NCBI GenBank assembly: GCA_037131125.1
Contig: JBAXRR010000001.1
Span: 73,345 to 124,385 of the forward strand
DNA: 51,041 nucleotides
Direction: 5' to 3'
Origin: a bacterium
GTDB lineage: Bacteria > Patescibacteriota > Dojkabacteria > GCA-016699595 > JBAXKR01
The position numbers were made by a program, and so were the translations under genes. This document shows positions 1 to 9,711 of the stretch, one piece after another (the first letter of the stretch is position 1; every line of letters starts with the position of its first letter). The notes beneath the pieces were generated by a model, which saw nothing but the letters and a program-made list of their open reading frames with translations, had not been told where the DNA came from and did no database searches.

Positions 1-3000
1 ATCATTTGCCCAACCTGTAGATTTGGTTACAGTACTTCCAGATGCATTTACTTTCATTATAGTATTTGCTGCATTAACTGTTGGTGGAGTTGTATCTTGA
101 ACATAATGTATAGACATTGAGTTTACCTGAGGGGTTGTTATTTGTGTACCTGATGCTAAATTTGCTGTTACTTGTATATATTTTTGAGCAGCTGCGTTAA
201 TTATGTAGTTAGGTGAAGATCCACTATTAGCAGTATATGCTCCCCAAGATATTCCATCTGGAGAAGATTTCATGTCATAAGTAATAGTGTTTCCATTTGC
301 GGAATCTGTAGTAACAAAATTAGGAACCATACCCCAAGATGCATTTGAAGTTAAATTAATTATTGGGGATTCCCAGGTACCTGAAGTTGCATATTTTTGT
401 TGATTTGTTGATGCTTGAGAATGTATTCCTAGTCCTTGGTTATATATATCGCTTACTTGATTAACGTTAAGTGCTTGATTAAATACTCTAAAATCTGAAA
501 TTATTCCATCTGAAGGATATACTGCTCCCCAATTAGAAGACTGCCCTACCTTTAAAGTCTCTATTGTAATATTCCCACCAGTAGTTGTCCCTTTCTGAAC
601 GTTGTTGATATAGCACTTTCTAGCATTTGCAGTTGCATCCCATGTTACAACAATGTTGTACCATTGACCAACTGTGGTCACTGTATCTGAAGCACCCCAC
701 CAGCCATAACACCTAAGAGTAGATCCCAATGAAAATACACTTAAGTCATTGCTTCCCTCTCCAGAATTATGAGTTGTTAAATATCCTGCAGTTATTCCCC
801 AGCCTTTGTCATCTGTATCTATGTATAGTCTTTTTAACCAAAAGCTTACACTTCCTTGGGAAGCTGAAATATTATTTGTAGGAGAATATGTTAGCGTACC
901 TCCTTGTCCACCTGCTCTTGTACTTGTGCTGTTATTAGCAGTTCCGCTCCAAGAGTATCCAGTTCCAAGTGATCCATCAATATATGTTGTAGCATATGTT
1001 CTATTTCCACTCCTATACCCACCTACGACGTCTCTTTCTAGTTGAAAACCATCGATATATATAGTTTTGCCAGATTTTACCTGGACACCAAAATTGTCAG
1101 ATTGATTAATTCCTACTAGTGAACCATTAAGTCTCCACCATCCTCCACCCATATCGGTATATGTAGTAGATATCGTTGTGTTGTTATAGTAAAGCTCAGC
1201 AATTGTATTGTTTACTATTCCTCCAACATTCCCAGTTGTTCCATCATAAACATATCCAGAAAAAGTATGAGTTAATGTACTAGCAGGATTAGTACTTGTT
1301 GTATATTCATCACCAAGCGTTCCACCATTTATTAACTTAACGCTATTACTTCCAAACTTTATATATGGTGCTGTTGTATTTTGTGAAGATGTTAATGAAG
1401 TAAAATTAGAATACGTTGCATCTGCTTGACTAGTTCCATCTTGTTTAGAGCCAAAATATACTGTTGTTGGAACAGTTGTAAATGAAAGTGGAACTACCAT
1501 ATCCATTGCACCTACTACTGCAGACACTTGTGCAGGAGTTAATGTTCCGCTATATATTGATAATGCTTGTATTTTTCCATTCAATCCACCACCCATTGAT
1601 CCGTTATTGTTATATCCTCCTAAATAGAATTCTTTAGTAGATGTTCCAGAAAATGTAGGTACTGTTCCAGTTTCTTGCATTCCATTTCTGTATGCGACCG
1701 TTCCTGCAATTGCTAAATTACCAGCGTTAAGTTGTGGATTTAATCCTAATACACCTGGAGTTCCCATAGCATACCATACAGTCGTACCACTCCTATTTGG
1801 ACTTAAACCTATTGAGGATTCCGTCCCAAGACTTCCACCTGCAATGTATGAATTTATTCCCGTTGTATAGTTAAACCTTGCAATCATAGTTTGACCAGTC
1901 GCAGGGATAATCCCTGTTTTAAGGTATTGAGTTGATCCATCAAATGTCCAGCCGTTATTTACATCCCATGTTGGAGCAATACCAAGAGAAGCATCATTTG
2001 TTCCAGGATTCACTTTATTTACATATGAATTAGCAAGAGATGAAGCTCCTTTTGGTTGATATGCTACAAGTGCACCTGTTGAGCTGCCTGCTGTCCACCA
2101 GTTAGCAACTTGAGTCATATCTATCTTCGTTACTCCATCTACTTTGAAAAGTATCTGAGTAGATGAATATGATATTTCTAGATTGTACGTAGTTCCCGCA
2201 ACAATTGCTCCTGTTGCATCCCATGATTTTATTCTTTCTCCAGTTCCATCATTAACTACAAATGTTACTTGATTTGCATAACTCCAATATGCTCGAATGT
2301 AATTATTTGCATCACCATAGAGATCAATAATATATGGAGTACTTACCCCATACTTAAGCATATCTGCTGCATTATGTCTTGGTGTATATTTAAATTTAAC
2401 AACTCCTGATGTTGCTGAAAGATTTGATACTGGTTGAGTTAAAGTATCTGCACCATCTACTCTAACTCCAGAAGTTTCAGTTGAGTTAGCAAGAGAAGAT
2501 GGAGTTAATGAAAGTGTCACAGAGTTAAGTGCATAAAGTGAAACATCATCTATATCAAATGTTCCAGAATTAGTAAAATTCTCAAATGAAATTCTTCCAG
2601 ATGTTCCTTGCGCTCTTAAAGAGGATGAGTAGTGACTCCATGCATTTGTATTCACCATTGAATCCCATAAACCATCAATTTTACTTCCGTAATATGTATG
2701 TGCAAATCCACTCGCGTTATATCCATTTGTAACTCTTGAACTTGATACTCTCTTTGTCCAAAAATCTAATGCATAGTAATTCCCAGCTGTAACTGTAGGT
2801 GCTTGAGCAAACCCTGCAAGAGAACCTGAGCCTGGTAATGTTGTACTCATTGCATATGTTCCAGTTCTACCAGCTGTTGTTGAAGTATTTCCTGCTGCAT
2901 ATCCACTATTTGACCATCCAGTTGGAATATATGGACTACCAGAACCAAATTCAAAACTTGGATTATCTAGCAAATTAGGAAGTACTTCAATTTGATCAAC

Positions 3001-6000
3001 ATATGTTATACCACTACTTGCAGTATTTGAAATAGTAACTTTAAATGATGTTGAATCAGCAGTTGATCCATTTCTAGATATTGTTGGAAGTTGGAATGCA
3101 AATGAATCTGTCCAAGGATGAGAAATATCTATTACTCTTGTTAATACAATCTCATCAAAGAAGCCAGTAAGTCCACTTGTATTTTGATTTAAATTAAGTC
3201 TAACTGCTACTAAACCTGTATTAGTTGTTGTGAAAGTAAATGAATATTGTGTCCAAGATGCAGCAGCTTTTGATCCTGAAGTACCAATTTGAGTACCTCC
3301 AACACTATCAGCATTTACATATACTTGTGTTCCAGTACCAGTTCCATTTTTTGTGTAGAAAGATAGCCTGTATGTTGCATTAGGAACAAGCTGAGGAGTT
3401 TGTAATGCATAACCAAAATTTGCAGCACCATTTTGAACTTGAAGTGCATTTCCACTTTGACCTCCAGCTACTGAACTTAATGATGCACTAAGTCCTCCAG
3501 ACCATGATGATGTATCCGTATTGAAAGTACCATTTGTTAATTGATTTGCACTTTGATCTGGCGCAGTAATTGAAGTTATTAATGCATCGCCATTCGTTGC
3601 ATCAAGAATTTGTACTTTGGGAATTGAAGTAGAATCGTAATGAACTACAGGTCGAACCACATATGAGGAAGATGTTGTTTGACCTGTTACCTTTTGAATA
3701 ATACCCTGATTAGCAGAACTACTTGTCCATTTATATCCTCCTGAATATATTTTTTCATTAGTTGCTAGCGCTGAAACACTAACATCCTTTTGTCCATACG
3801 AAGTTACATTATTCATAGCAGCAGATACTGCCGCTACTTGTTGTGCAGTTAAAGTTGTATTGTAAATGACAAATGCACCAATTGATCCTGTCCAGTTATT
3901 AACAGAGAAACCACCAACACCTCTTACTGCACCTATGTATCCTTCAGTTCCAACTGTTCCTCCTGGAGTTATTGCAGATCCTTCTGCTGCTCCATTAAGA
4001 TAGAACTGAGTTCCTGCAGCAGCTATTACTCCACTAGATAAAGCTGGACTTGCAGTATATCCACCTGATCCCGCTGCAAATAAATGTTGATTCCCTCCTG
4101 TTTGATGTGTTGGAGAAAGAATGTATTGATCTGTTCCAGAGGTATAGTACCCAAATGCTTGTCTATATGATGAACCTTGTGATCCACTTACAAATTGATA
4201 TATTACAGTGTAGTTTGAAGCTAAAGTTAATCCATTCTTTAAGTATTGACTAGTTCCATTAAATGTCCAACCGGTATTACTTGCCCATGCTGGTGCTACT
4301 CCAGCTGTAAGGTCATATGTTCCAGGATTAGCAAGATTAACATATGAATTTGCTTGTGACGATACTCCTTGTGCCTGATAAGCTGCTAATACATTTGCAG
4401 TTGCAACTCCACCTTGCAGATACCATGTATTTTTATCCCAGCCATCATTTGTATATGTTCCATCTGTCATGAATCCATTCTTTCCATTGGTACCACCAAG
4501 TTTATTGCTTGTATATGGATGACTCCAAGCTTCTCCCGTTGTTCCTAATGTTCCTGTTGAACCATTTGTTGGAAGTGCAAATACAACATCCCATGATCCT
4601 GTAATTGCGGTTGGATCTTTACCTGTTCCCGAGTTATATATTTGTGTTAATTCATTCCCGTTACCAACATCTGTACCGTATGTTCCATCAAAGAGGACTC
4701 TTCTGTATATTGTTAATCCTTGAATTAAAGCATCATTTCCATTCCCACCCCTATCATTTAAAAGAATAGTTGATGTAGCACTAGGTGTAAATGAGTTGGC
4801 TGCAAATGTATTTGCGTTGTTCACTGTGAACCTTACATAATTTGTTCCGTCAATCTTATTGTTACTGTCCCAGGAAACAGCAACTAAATATGTATTTCCT
4901 GCTACCCACGAAGTGGTAGAAGGTCCTGAAATGTAATTAACTGCTCCATCGTAAAATTGTATTGAATTACCGCTGGTTTTTTGGAATAAATATCTATTTC
5001 CATTTCCGTAAACAAATGTGTGGGTATTATTATCATTTCCGTTCCATTCTGGAGTTATCCAAAAAAGAATAGTTCCAACAGTGGCATCAAAATTCTGATA
5101 AAAGTTTCCACTTATTTGAGATCCCGTTGAAACAGAAAGTGAATCACTAGTAGCATTAGTTCCCAATTTCCCTTGTAAAAGCACACTCGAAGCAAATGGC
5201 CCTGATGGGGATGTTCTTTTTCCAACATTAGGAGTAAATGTAGAAGAACCAGATGCATATGTCATGTAGTTAGTTGACCAATTAGTGTTGTAAGTAGAAT
5301 GTTCAAAAGATGGATTGGTAATCAAGTTTGTTGTTCCTTCTTCAACTAATACTCCACTGTGTGATGCATATGACTGATTAGATATCTTCCCAGAATCTGC
5401 TGAGCTTGAATCTACTCCTACAATTCCACCAACGTATTTAGCTCCTGAGATCGTTCCGTGATTTCCATTTCCAGATGCATCTATTGCTTTACCTGCATTT
5501 CTTGGATCATCTCCATTTTCATCAAGATGATAAAGAACTAAGGTGTTTGAATCTGAGATGAAACTGCTTGTAGTTGGGGTGAAAGTGTTTGTATATCTTA
5601 CATTGTTACTTACTCTTACTTCATCTATTATTCCAGCTAATGGATCAGTTCCAACAAATCCAATTGTTGAAGCGGTATTGTATGTAGTAGCAGATGAGCA
5701 AGCTTTTGTAATTATTAATTGTCCATTTAAATATACTTTATATGTTGAACCGTCAAAGGTCATAGCAATGTGGTTCCATGTATTTAGTGAAGCTCCATTT
5801 CCTGTTACGTCACCTGCACAACTATTTGTTCTTAATACAATTGTTCCAGGGTTATATATTCCAAGCACTGTTGTAGGAGAATTTAATAATCTTGCCCATG
5901 CACCATATGCACTCCCATATTTTTTAGGGAAATACCAAAGCTCATAAGTACTATTTGCAGGTGTATTGTTTCCACCTAATGTAAGTGAGTCATTCATTTC

Positions 6001-6765
6001 ATCAAAACTTAATCCACTCTTTGTAAAATATCTAATTGCTCCAGTTTCAGTTGTTGGTGTTTGGCCTGTCTCACATGTAGAAGAACCATTAAATGAACAA
6101 GTCATTGTTGCTGTTGGTCCACCTTGGATTGAATATCCGTTAGATCCTTGAGCGGAAGCACTATTGTTTCCATAGTAAAGAGCATAGTTTGTTGAATCCG
6201 AAGATCCTGTTGTTAGGTTTGCTTGAATTGGAAATGTAAAATTTGTTACTTTTGAATCATTACATCCTGTTGAACCTAACTCTCTTGAGATGGTAATAGG
6301 GAGAACTGTATTTGTCTGATAGACAATTCGTATGTCATTACAATTAGCTAGAACAGATTCCAAAGATGAAGTATCTACTGATATGGTCATTGAACTATTA
6401 GCATTGAGAGTTGCAGATGAATTATTCTTAATAGTAAGAGGCTTCTTATAGTTCCAGTTAAGTGAATACCAATTAGCATCTTTAGCAAGAGTAATATTTG
6501 AAGCTGTTGCTGTTGTATTAACTGTAGTTCCTAGAGTGAAATTAGAATCTCCACCTTGAGCTATTGTGAAGTTTGTTTCATTGAGAGCCATAAGTTTTGG
6601 AAGTATTCCAGCTCCTCCAATTAATATTCCAAGACCTAATACGGAAACAGTAAAGACATTAAGTTGCCACTTAATTAATGTGATTTTCTTAGTAAAGAAG
6701 AAAATAAATATCGAATTTAATATTCTCCTAGATCTTACTTTAATTTTAGTAACTACATCATGCAT
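1..6765 (-). CDS. Giant LamG/concanavalin-like plus CBM-like cell-surface protein, 5' part only (at least 2,255 aa; C-terminus lies beyond the left edge)
   Basis: Absent from the ORF track because it has no stop inside the window. Minus-strand codons occupy plus positions 3k+1..3k+3. I saw no TTA/CTA/TCA (reverse-complement stops) in that frame from 6765 down to 1. The ATG is plus-strand CAT at 6763-6765, giving MHDVVTKIKVRSRR..., followed by a signal-anchor helix NVFTVSVLGLGILIGGAGIL. Next comes a DUF2341-like N-domain (WNYKKPLTIKNN...NYALYYGNN). Several LamG jelly rolls follow (WNHIAMTFDGSTYKVYLNGQL...GIIDEVRVSNNVRY), as do CBM4/9-like modules opening with NLITNPSFE, NLLDNPSFEFG and NQLTNGTFN. 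An alternative start is the Met at 6591. Confidence 0.85.
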   Translation of the reverse strand, partial: MHDVVTKIKVRSRRILNSIFIFFFTKKITLIKWQLNVFTVSVLGLGILIGGAGILPKLMALNETNFTIAQGGDSNFTLGTTVNTTATASNITLAKDANWYSLNWNYKKPLTIKNNSSATLNANSSMTISVDTSSLESVLANCNDIRIVYQTNTVLPITISRELGSTGCNDSKVTNFTFPIQANLTTGSSDSTNYALYYGNNSASAQGSNGYSIQGGPTATMTCSFNGSSTCETGQTPTTETGAIRYFTKSGLSFDEMNDSLTLGGNNTPANSTYELWYFPKKYGSAYGAWARLLNSPTTVLGIYNPGTIVLRTNSCAGDVTGNGASLNTWNHIAMTFDGSTYKVYLNGQLIITKACSSATTYNTASTIGFVGTDPLAGIIDEVRVSNNVRYTNTFTPTTSSFISDSNTLVLYHLDENGDDPRNAGKAIDASGNGNHGTISGAKYVGGIVGVDSSSADSGKISNQSYASHSGVLVEEGTTNLITNPSFEHSTYNTNWSTNYMTYASGSSTFTPNVGKRTSPSGPFASSVLLQGKLGTNATSDSLSVSTGSQISGNFYQNFDATVGTILFWITPEWNGNDNNTHTFVYGNGNRYLFQKTSGNSIQFYDGAVNYISGPSTTSWVAGNTYLVAVSWDSNNKIDGTNYVRFTVNNANTFAANSFTPSATSTILLNDRGGNGNDALIQGLTIYRRVLFDGTYGTDVGNGNELTQIYNSGTGKDPTAITGSWDVVFALPTNGSTGTLGTTGEAWSHPYTSNKLGGTNGKNGFMTDGTYTNDGWDKNTWYLQGGVATANVLAAYQAQGVSSQANSYVNLANPGTYDLTAGVAPAWASNTGWTFNGTSQYLKNGLTLASNYTVIYQFVSGSQGSSYRQAFGYYTSGTDQYILSPTHQTGGNQHLFAAGSGGYTASPALSSGVIAAAGTQFYLNGAAEGSAITPGGTVGTEGYIGAVRGVGGFSVNNWTGSIGAFVIYNTTLTAQQVAAVSAAMNNVTSYGQKDVSVSALATNEKIYSGGYKWTSSSANQGIIQKVTGQTTSSSYVVRPVVHYDSTSIPKVQILDATNGDALITSITAPDQSANQLTNGTFNTDTSSWSGGLSASLSSVAGGQSGNALQVQNGAANFGYALQTPQLVPNATYRLSFYTKNGTGTGTQVYVNADSVGGTQIGTSGSKAAASWTQYSFTFTTTNTGLVAVRLNLNQNTSGLTGFFDEIVLTRVIDISHPWTDSFAFQLPTISRNGSTADSTSFKVTISNTASSGITYVDQIEVLPNLLDNPSFEFGSGSPYIPTGWSNSGYAAGNTSTTAGRTGTYAMSTTLPGSGSLAGFAQAPTVTAGNYYALDFWTKRVSSSRVTNGYNASGFAHTYYGSKIDGLWDSMVNTNAWSHYSSSLRAQGTSGRISFENFTNSGTFDIDDVSLYALNSVTLSLTPSSLANSTETSGVRVDGADTLTQPVSNLSATSGVVKFKYTPRHNAADMLKYGVSTPYIIDLYGDANNYIRAYWSYANQVTFVVNDGTGERIKSWDATGAIVAGTTYNLEISYSSTQILFKVDGVTKIDMTQVANWWTAGSSTGALVAYQPKGASSLANSYVNKVNPGTNDASLGIAPTWDVNNGWTFDGSTQYLKTGIIPATGQTMIARFNYTTGINSYIAGGSLGTESSIGLSPNRSGTTVWYAMGTPGVLGLNPQLNAGNLAIAGTVAYRNGMQETGTVPTFSGTSTKEFYLGGYNNNGSMGGGLNGKIQALSIYSGTLTPAQVSAVVGAMDMVVPLSFTTVPTTVYFGSKQDGTSQADATYSNFTSLTSSQNTTAPYIKFGSNSVKLINGGTLGDEYTTSTNPASTLTHTFSGYVYDGTTGNVGGIVNNTIAELYYNNTTISTTYTDMGGGWWRLNGSLVGINQSDNFGVQVKSGKTIYIDGFQLERDVVGGYRSGNRTYATTYIDGSLGTGYSWSGTANNSTSTRAGGQGGTLTYSPTNNISASQGSVSFWLKRLYIDTDDKGWGITAGYLTTHNSGEGSNDLSVFSLGSTLRCYGWWGASDTVTTVGQWYNIVVTWDATANARKCYINNVQKGTTTGGNITIETLKVGQSSNWGAVYPSDGIISDFRVFNQALNVNQVSDIYNQGLGIHSQASTNQQKYATSGTWESPIINLTSNASWGMVPNFVTTDSANGNTITYDMKSSPDGISWGAYTANSGSSPNYIINAAAQKYIQVTANLASGTQITTPQVNSMSIHYVQDTTPPTVNAANTIMKVNASGSTVTKSTGWAND

Positions 6766-6812
6766 ATTCGCGTGTTTGTACTAATCGTAAATAGATACAA
6801 ATATACGAATAT

Positions 6813-6841
6813 AATATATAGAAAATATAAAGTAATGACAA
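6813..6841 (-). promoter_or_regulatory. Candidate sigma70-type promoter for the LamG giant gene
   Basis: On the minus strand: TTGTCA (6841..6836), 17-nt spacer, TATATT (6818..6813). It lies in the 105-nt gap between the permease stop (6871) and the ATG at 6765, implying a leader of roughly 40 nt. Pattern match only. Confidence 0.35.
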
Positions 6842-6870
6842 ACAATAAGTAGATATGAAAATTTTGTAGA

Positions 6871-8820
6871 CTACTCGTATCTTAGAGCGTGTAGAGCAGA
6901 AATCTTTTGTGCTCTTCTTGCAGGATACATTCCTGTTAGAACTCCAACAATTAAAGATAGAATTGTTATGAACAACACCAACTCTATTGGAATATATGTT
7001 AAGTCTAGCATTGTATTTGTTTTTACAATTCCAACAAGTCCTAATGCTATAGATACGAATTTACCAAGAGCATATCCAAGTCCAGTTCCAAGAAGTCCTC
7101 CGAGTATTCCCATACTTAAAGATTCTACTAAGAACAAATCTCTTACATCGTCTTTATTCATTCCAATTGCTTTAAGAAGTCCTATTTCTCTGGTTCTTTC
7201 AAGAAGTGAGATAGTTAATGTATTGAACATACCAAGAGATGCAATTAAGAGTGCAAGCATACCTATTGCAAGAAGTATGTATCTTACTGTTGAGAAAGTA
7301 CTATTAATCTGTTTAACAATATCTACAACTGACGTAGTTACATATCCATAACTTTCTACTGTTTCTCTAACTGTAGATAAAGTATCTGGAGTTGAAGCGT
7401 TTACTTTAAGGTTTGTATAGTATGTTACTCCAAGCTTTTTCATATCTATTAGAGGAACATAGATTATTGCTTCTGTATCATCTGAAGTAACTCCTTTAAT
7501 TACAAAGTTAGAAAATTCTGTTTCTATTTTGTTGGTTGCATCTTTTATTTGCTCTTTACTTATTATGAAACTAACATTAATACTCTTTCCCACTGCACTA
7601 TCTTCTGTTAAGTTCACTAGTCTTAATAAAGCTCTACTTACAACGACTTCCTTTAGAGTATCTGCAGGAATTGTAACTTTCTTTGTATCTTGTGCTGAAA
7701 CAGCATTTGGATCGTCTATATTAATTAAATCTACTGGAGTTTGTACTACACTATCTGATGCTCCTAAAACGCTTTTAGTTTGAGTTGGAAGTTCTCCAAC
7801 AACACTTTCCATAGTAATGTACCCAGGTGTACTAGTTTGTTTTTTATCTGTTCCTAATATTGGTGTATATGTTGCTTTACAATTCTTTTGTACTTTACAA
7901 ATAGGTGCTTTCCAAAGTAATAAACTTGAACTTATCCAATCGTTAGACTTTACAGTTGAGCTACCATTCTTTAAGTCATATGGTGCACCCATTACTTTCT
8001 TACCTCTTTGAAGGTCTTCCACTCTATTTGTATATCCAAGTACTTTTGAATTTGTATCTGGAGATTCATATACAGGTATCCAAACATTAGGCATTAATGC
8101 AAAATCGACTTCCCATAGTTGGTTACCTTTTGTTTGGTCTTCTACAACTGAAGTACTTGCACCTTTAACTGTTTCAGTTAGATTAATTTCATCATTAGTA
8201 TAGAATGCACCTTTAACAAGTTTTAAGTTTGTATTGTCTAAATATGTTTTTTGAACTGCATATGCTGGTACATCGGATACTGCACCTGTTCCTTGGACTT
8301 TTGTAGCAACTGAAATAACTGGCATAACCTTCTCAAGTCCTTTTTGTTCAGATACTTTTGTAATAAAGGTGTCATCAAGCATGAACTTTCCTCCCCTTCT
8401 TGGGAATACTTCGAATTGTCTAAGTTCATTAGATACTGCAAATTGAGAAATTATTAAATTCTGAATACCATAACCTGTTGAAACTAAGAATACAATTGTT
8501 CCAATACCAATAGCCATACCACCAATAGTAACTGCAGTTCTTACCTTTTTTGAGAATATATTCTTAAGTGCAATATCTACAATTTCCATTTTTGGTATAT
8601 TATCTTCTCTTTGAATGTTTCTAAGAATATTTTTGTCAAAGAAGCTAGTTATCTTCTTCTTAAACATTGTATCTTCTGTTCCAAAGAGTTTGGCAATAGG
8701 GGTAAGTATTTTTTCTATTAAGTTTATTACAAGGAGAAATATGATTAAGAAAAGAAGAACAAAAAGATTAATAAAGAAAACAAATGGAGATTTTATGATA
8801 TTTGTAATAGATCTTTGCAT
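6871..8820 (-). CDS. MacB/FtsX-family ABC transporter permease with an enlarged extracytoplasmic domain
   Basis: 649-aa ORF. The MacB-type N-terminal helix region is ALKNIFSKKVRTAVTIGGMAIGIGTIVFLVSTG. A long hydrophilic loop follows. The C-terminal FtsX module reads LERTREIGLLKAIGMNKDDVRDLFLVESL...MYPARRAQKISALHALRYE. An extra N-terminal hydrophobic helix (FVFFINLFVLLFLIIFLLVINLI) precedes the canonical part. Confidence 0.9.
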   Translation of the reverse strand: MQRSITNIIKSPFVFFINLFVLLFLIIFLLVINLIEKILTPIAKLFGTEDTMFKKKITSFFDKNILRNIQREDNIPKMEIVDIALKNIFSKKVRTAVTIGGMAIGIGTIVFLVSTGYGIQNLIISQFAVSNELRQFEVFPRRGGKFMLDDTFITKVSEQKGLEKVMPVISVATKVQGTGAVSDVPAYAVQKTYLDNTNLKLVKGAFYTNDEINLTETVKGASTSVVEDQTKGNQLWEVDFALMPNVWIPVYESPDTNSKVLGYTNRVEDLQRGKKVMGAPYDLKNGSSTVKSNDWISSSLLLWKAPICKVQKNCKATYTPILGTDKKQTSTPGYITMESVVGELPTQTKSVLGASDSVVQTPVDLINIDDPNAVSAQDTKKVTIPADTLKEVVVSRALLRLVNLTEDSAVGKSINVSFIISKEQIKDATNKIETEFSNFVIKGVTSDDTEAIIYVPLIDMKKLGVTYYTNLKVNASTPDTLSTVRETVESYGYVTTSVVDIVKQINSTFSTVRYILLAIGMLALLIASLGMFNTLTISLLERTREIGLLKAIGMNKDDVRDLFLVESLSMGILGGLLGTGLGYALGKFVSIALGLVGIVKTNTMLDLTYIPIELVLFITILSLIVGVLTGMYPARRAQKISALHALRYE

Positions 8821-8836
8821 GTATATTTATTAATAC

Positions 8837-9514
8837 TTATTGTGTAATGCTTCCATCTAATATATGTATTTGGTTATCTGCATACTTTAGATATTCCAAG
8901 TTGTGAGTCACCATGATAATCGTCTTCCCTCTTTTCTTTTCTAAATCCATAAGTGTCATAAATTCAAGTGCAGATGTATGATCAAGATTTCCAGTAGGCT
9001 CGTCAGCGATAATAATTGCTGGGTCATTCATAAGTGCTCTTGCAAAAGCAATCTTTTGTTGTTGTCCTGAAGAAAGATCAATTGGACTACTCTTTGCTCT
9101 ATCTAACATACCAACAGTATCTATTAATTCTCTAGCTCTTTTTAATGCTTCATCTTTCATACGTCCACACATCATTGCTGGTAGACAAACATTTTCTTCA
9201 ATATCTAGGGATCTTACCCAGTTTGGTTGTTGGTAGATCATACCTATATTTCTCTTTCTGTAGAAATTCATTTCTTCATCGGAAATATCGTAGATATTAT
9301 TTCCCTCTATGAAGACTTCTCCACTATCTGGTTTTTCCAAACCTAACATAACATGGAGCAATGTGGATTTACCGCAACCTGAAGGACCAACTATGATTAC
9401 AAATTGACCTTTAATAACTTCTAAATTTACATTTTTAAGAACGTTAATCTTATCTTTTTTTAGCATGAATGACTTATTTACATTCTCAACTTTAATGATT
9501 GTTTTTGAATTCAT
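8837..9514 (-). CDS. ABC transporter ATP-binding protein (MacB/LolD-like)
   Basis: 225 aa. Walker A GPSGCGKST, signature LSSGQQQKIAFARAL, Walker B IIIADEPTGNLD, H-loop MVTHN. It ends 16 nt upstream of the permease start, so the two form an operon. Confidence 0.95.
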   Translation of the reverse strand: MNSKTIIKVENVNKSFMLKKDKINVLKNVNLEVIKGQFVIIVGPSGCGKSTLLHVMLGLEKPDSGEVFIEGNNIYDISDEEMNFYRKRNIGMIYQQPNWVRSLDIEENVCLPAMMCGRMKDEALKRARELIDTVGMLDRAKSSPIDLSSGQQQKIAFARALMNDPAIIIADEPTGNLDHTSALEFMTLMDLEKKRGKTIIMVTHNLEYLKYADNQIHILDGSITQ

Positions 9515-9711
9515 ATAGTTAAATCTAAAAAAAGATATTAAACATAAATTTGATTAATAACATCATTACTGATTTTAAGAATGATTGCAATACTTTTTTA
9601 TACTATTCCATTAATCATCTGAAACAATTTACTATCTTGCAAATTACTAGGTTTCAATAATTAAAAATGTAGGGTTAGATAAATATAAATGTAACAAGTA
9701 TATGAAATATA

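Noticed and set aside
806-6784. Five short plus-strand ORFs from the track (806..1045, 4050..4253, 5543..5947, 5966..6151, 6566..6784)
   Set aside because: All lie antisense to the continuous 2,255-codon minus-strand frame. Their products are low-complexity and hydrophobic, with no motifs. They are shadow ORFs of the LamG giant gene.
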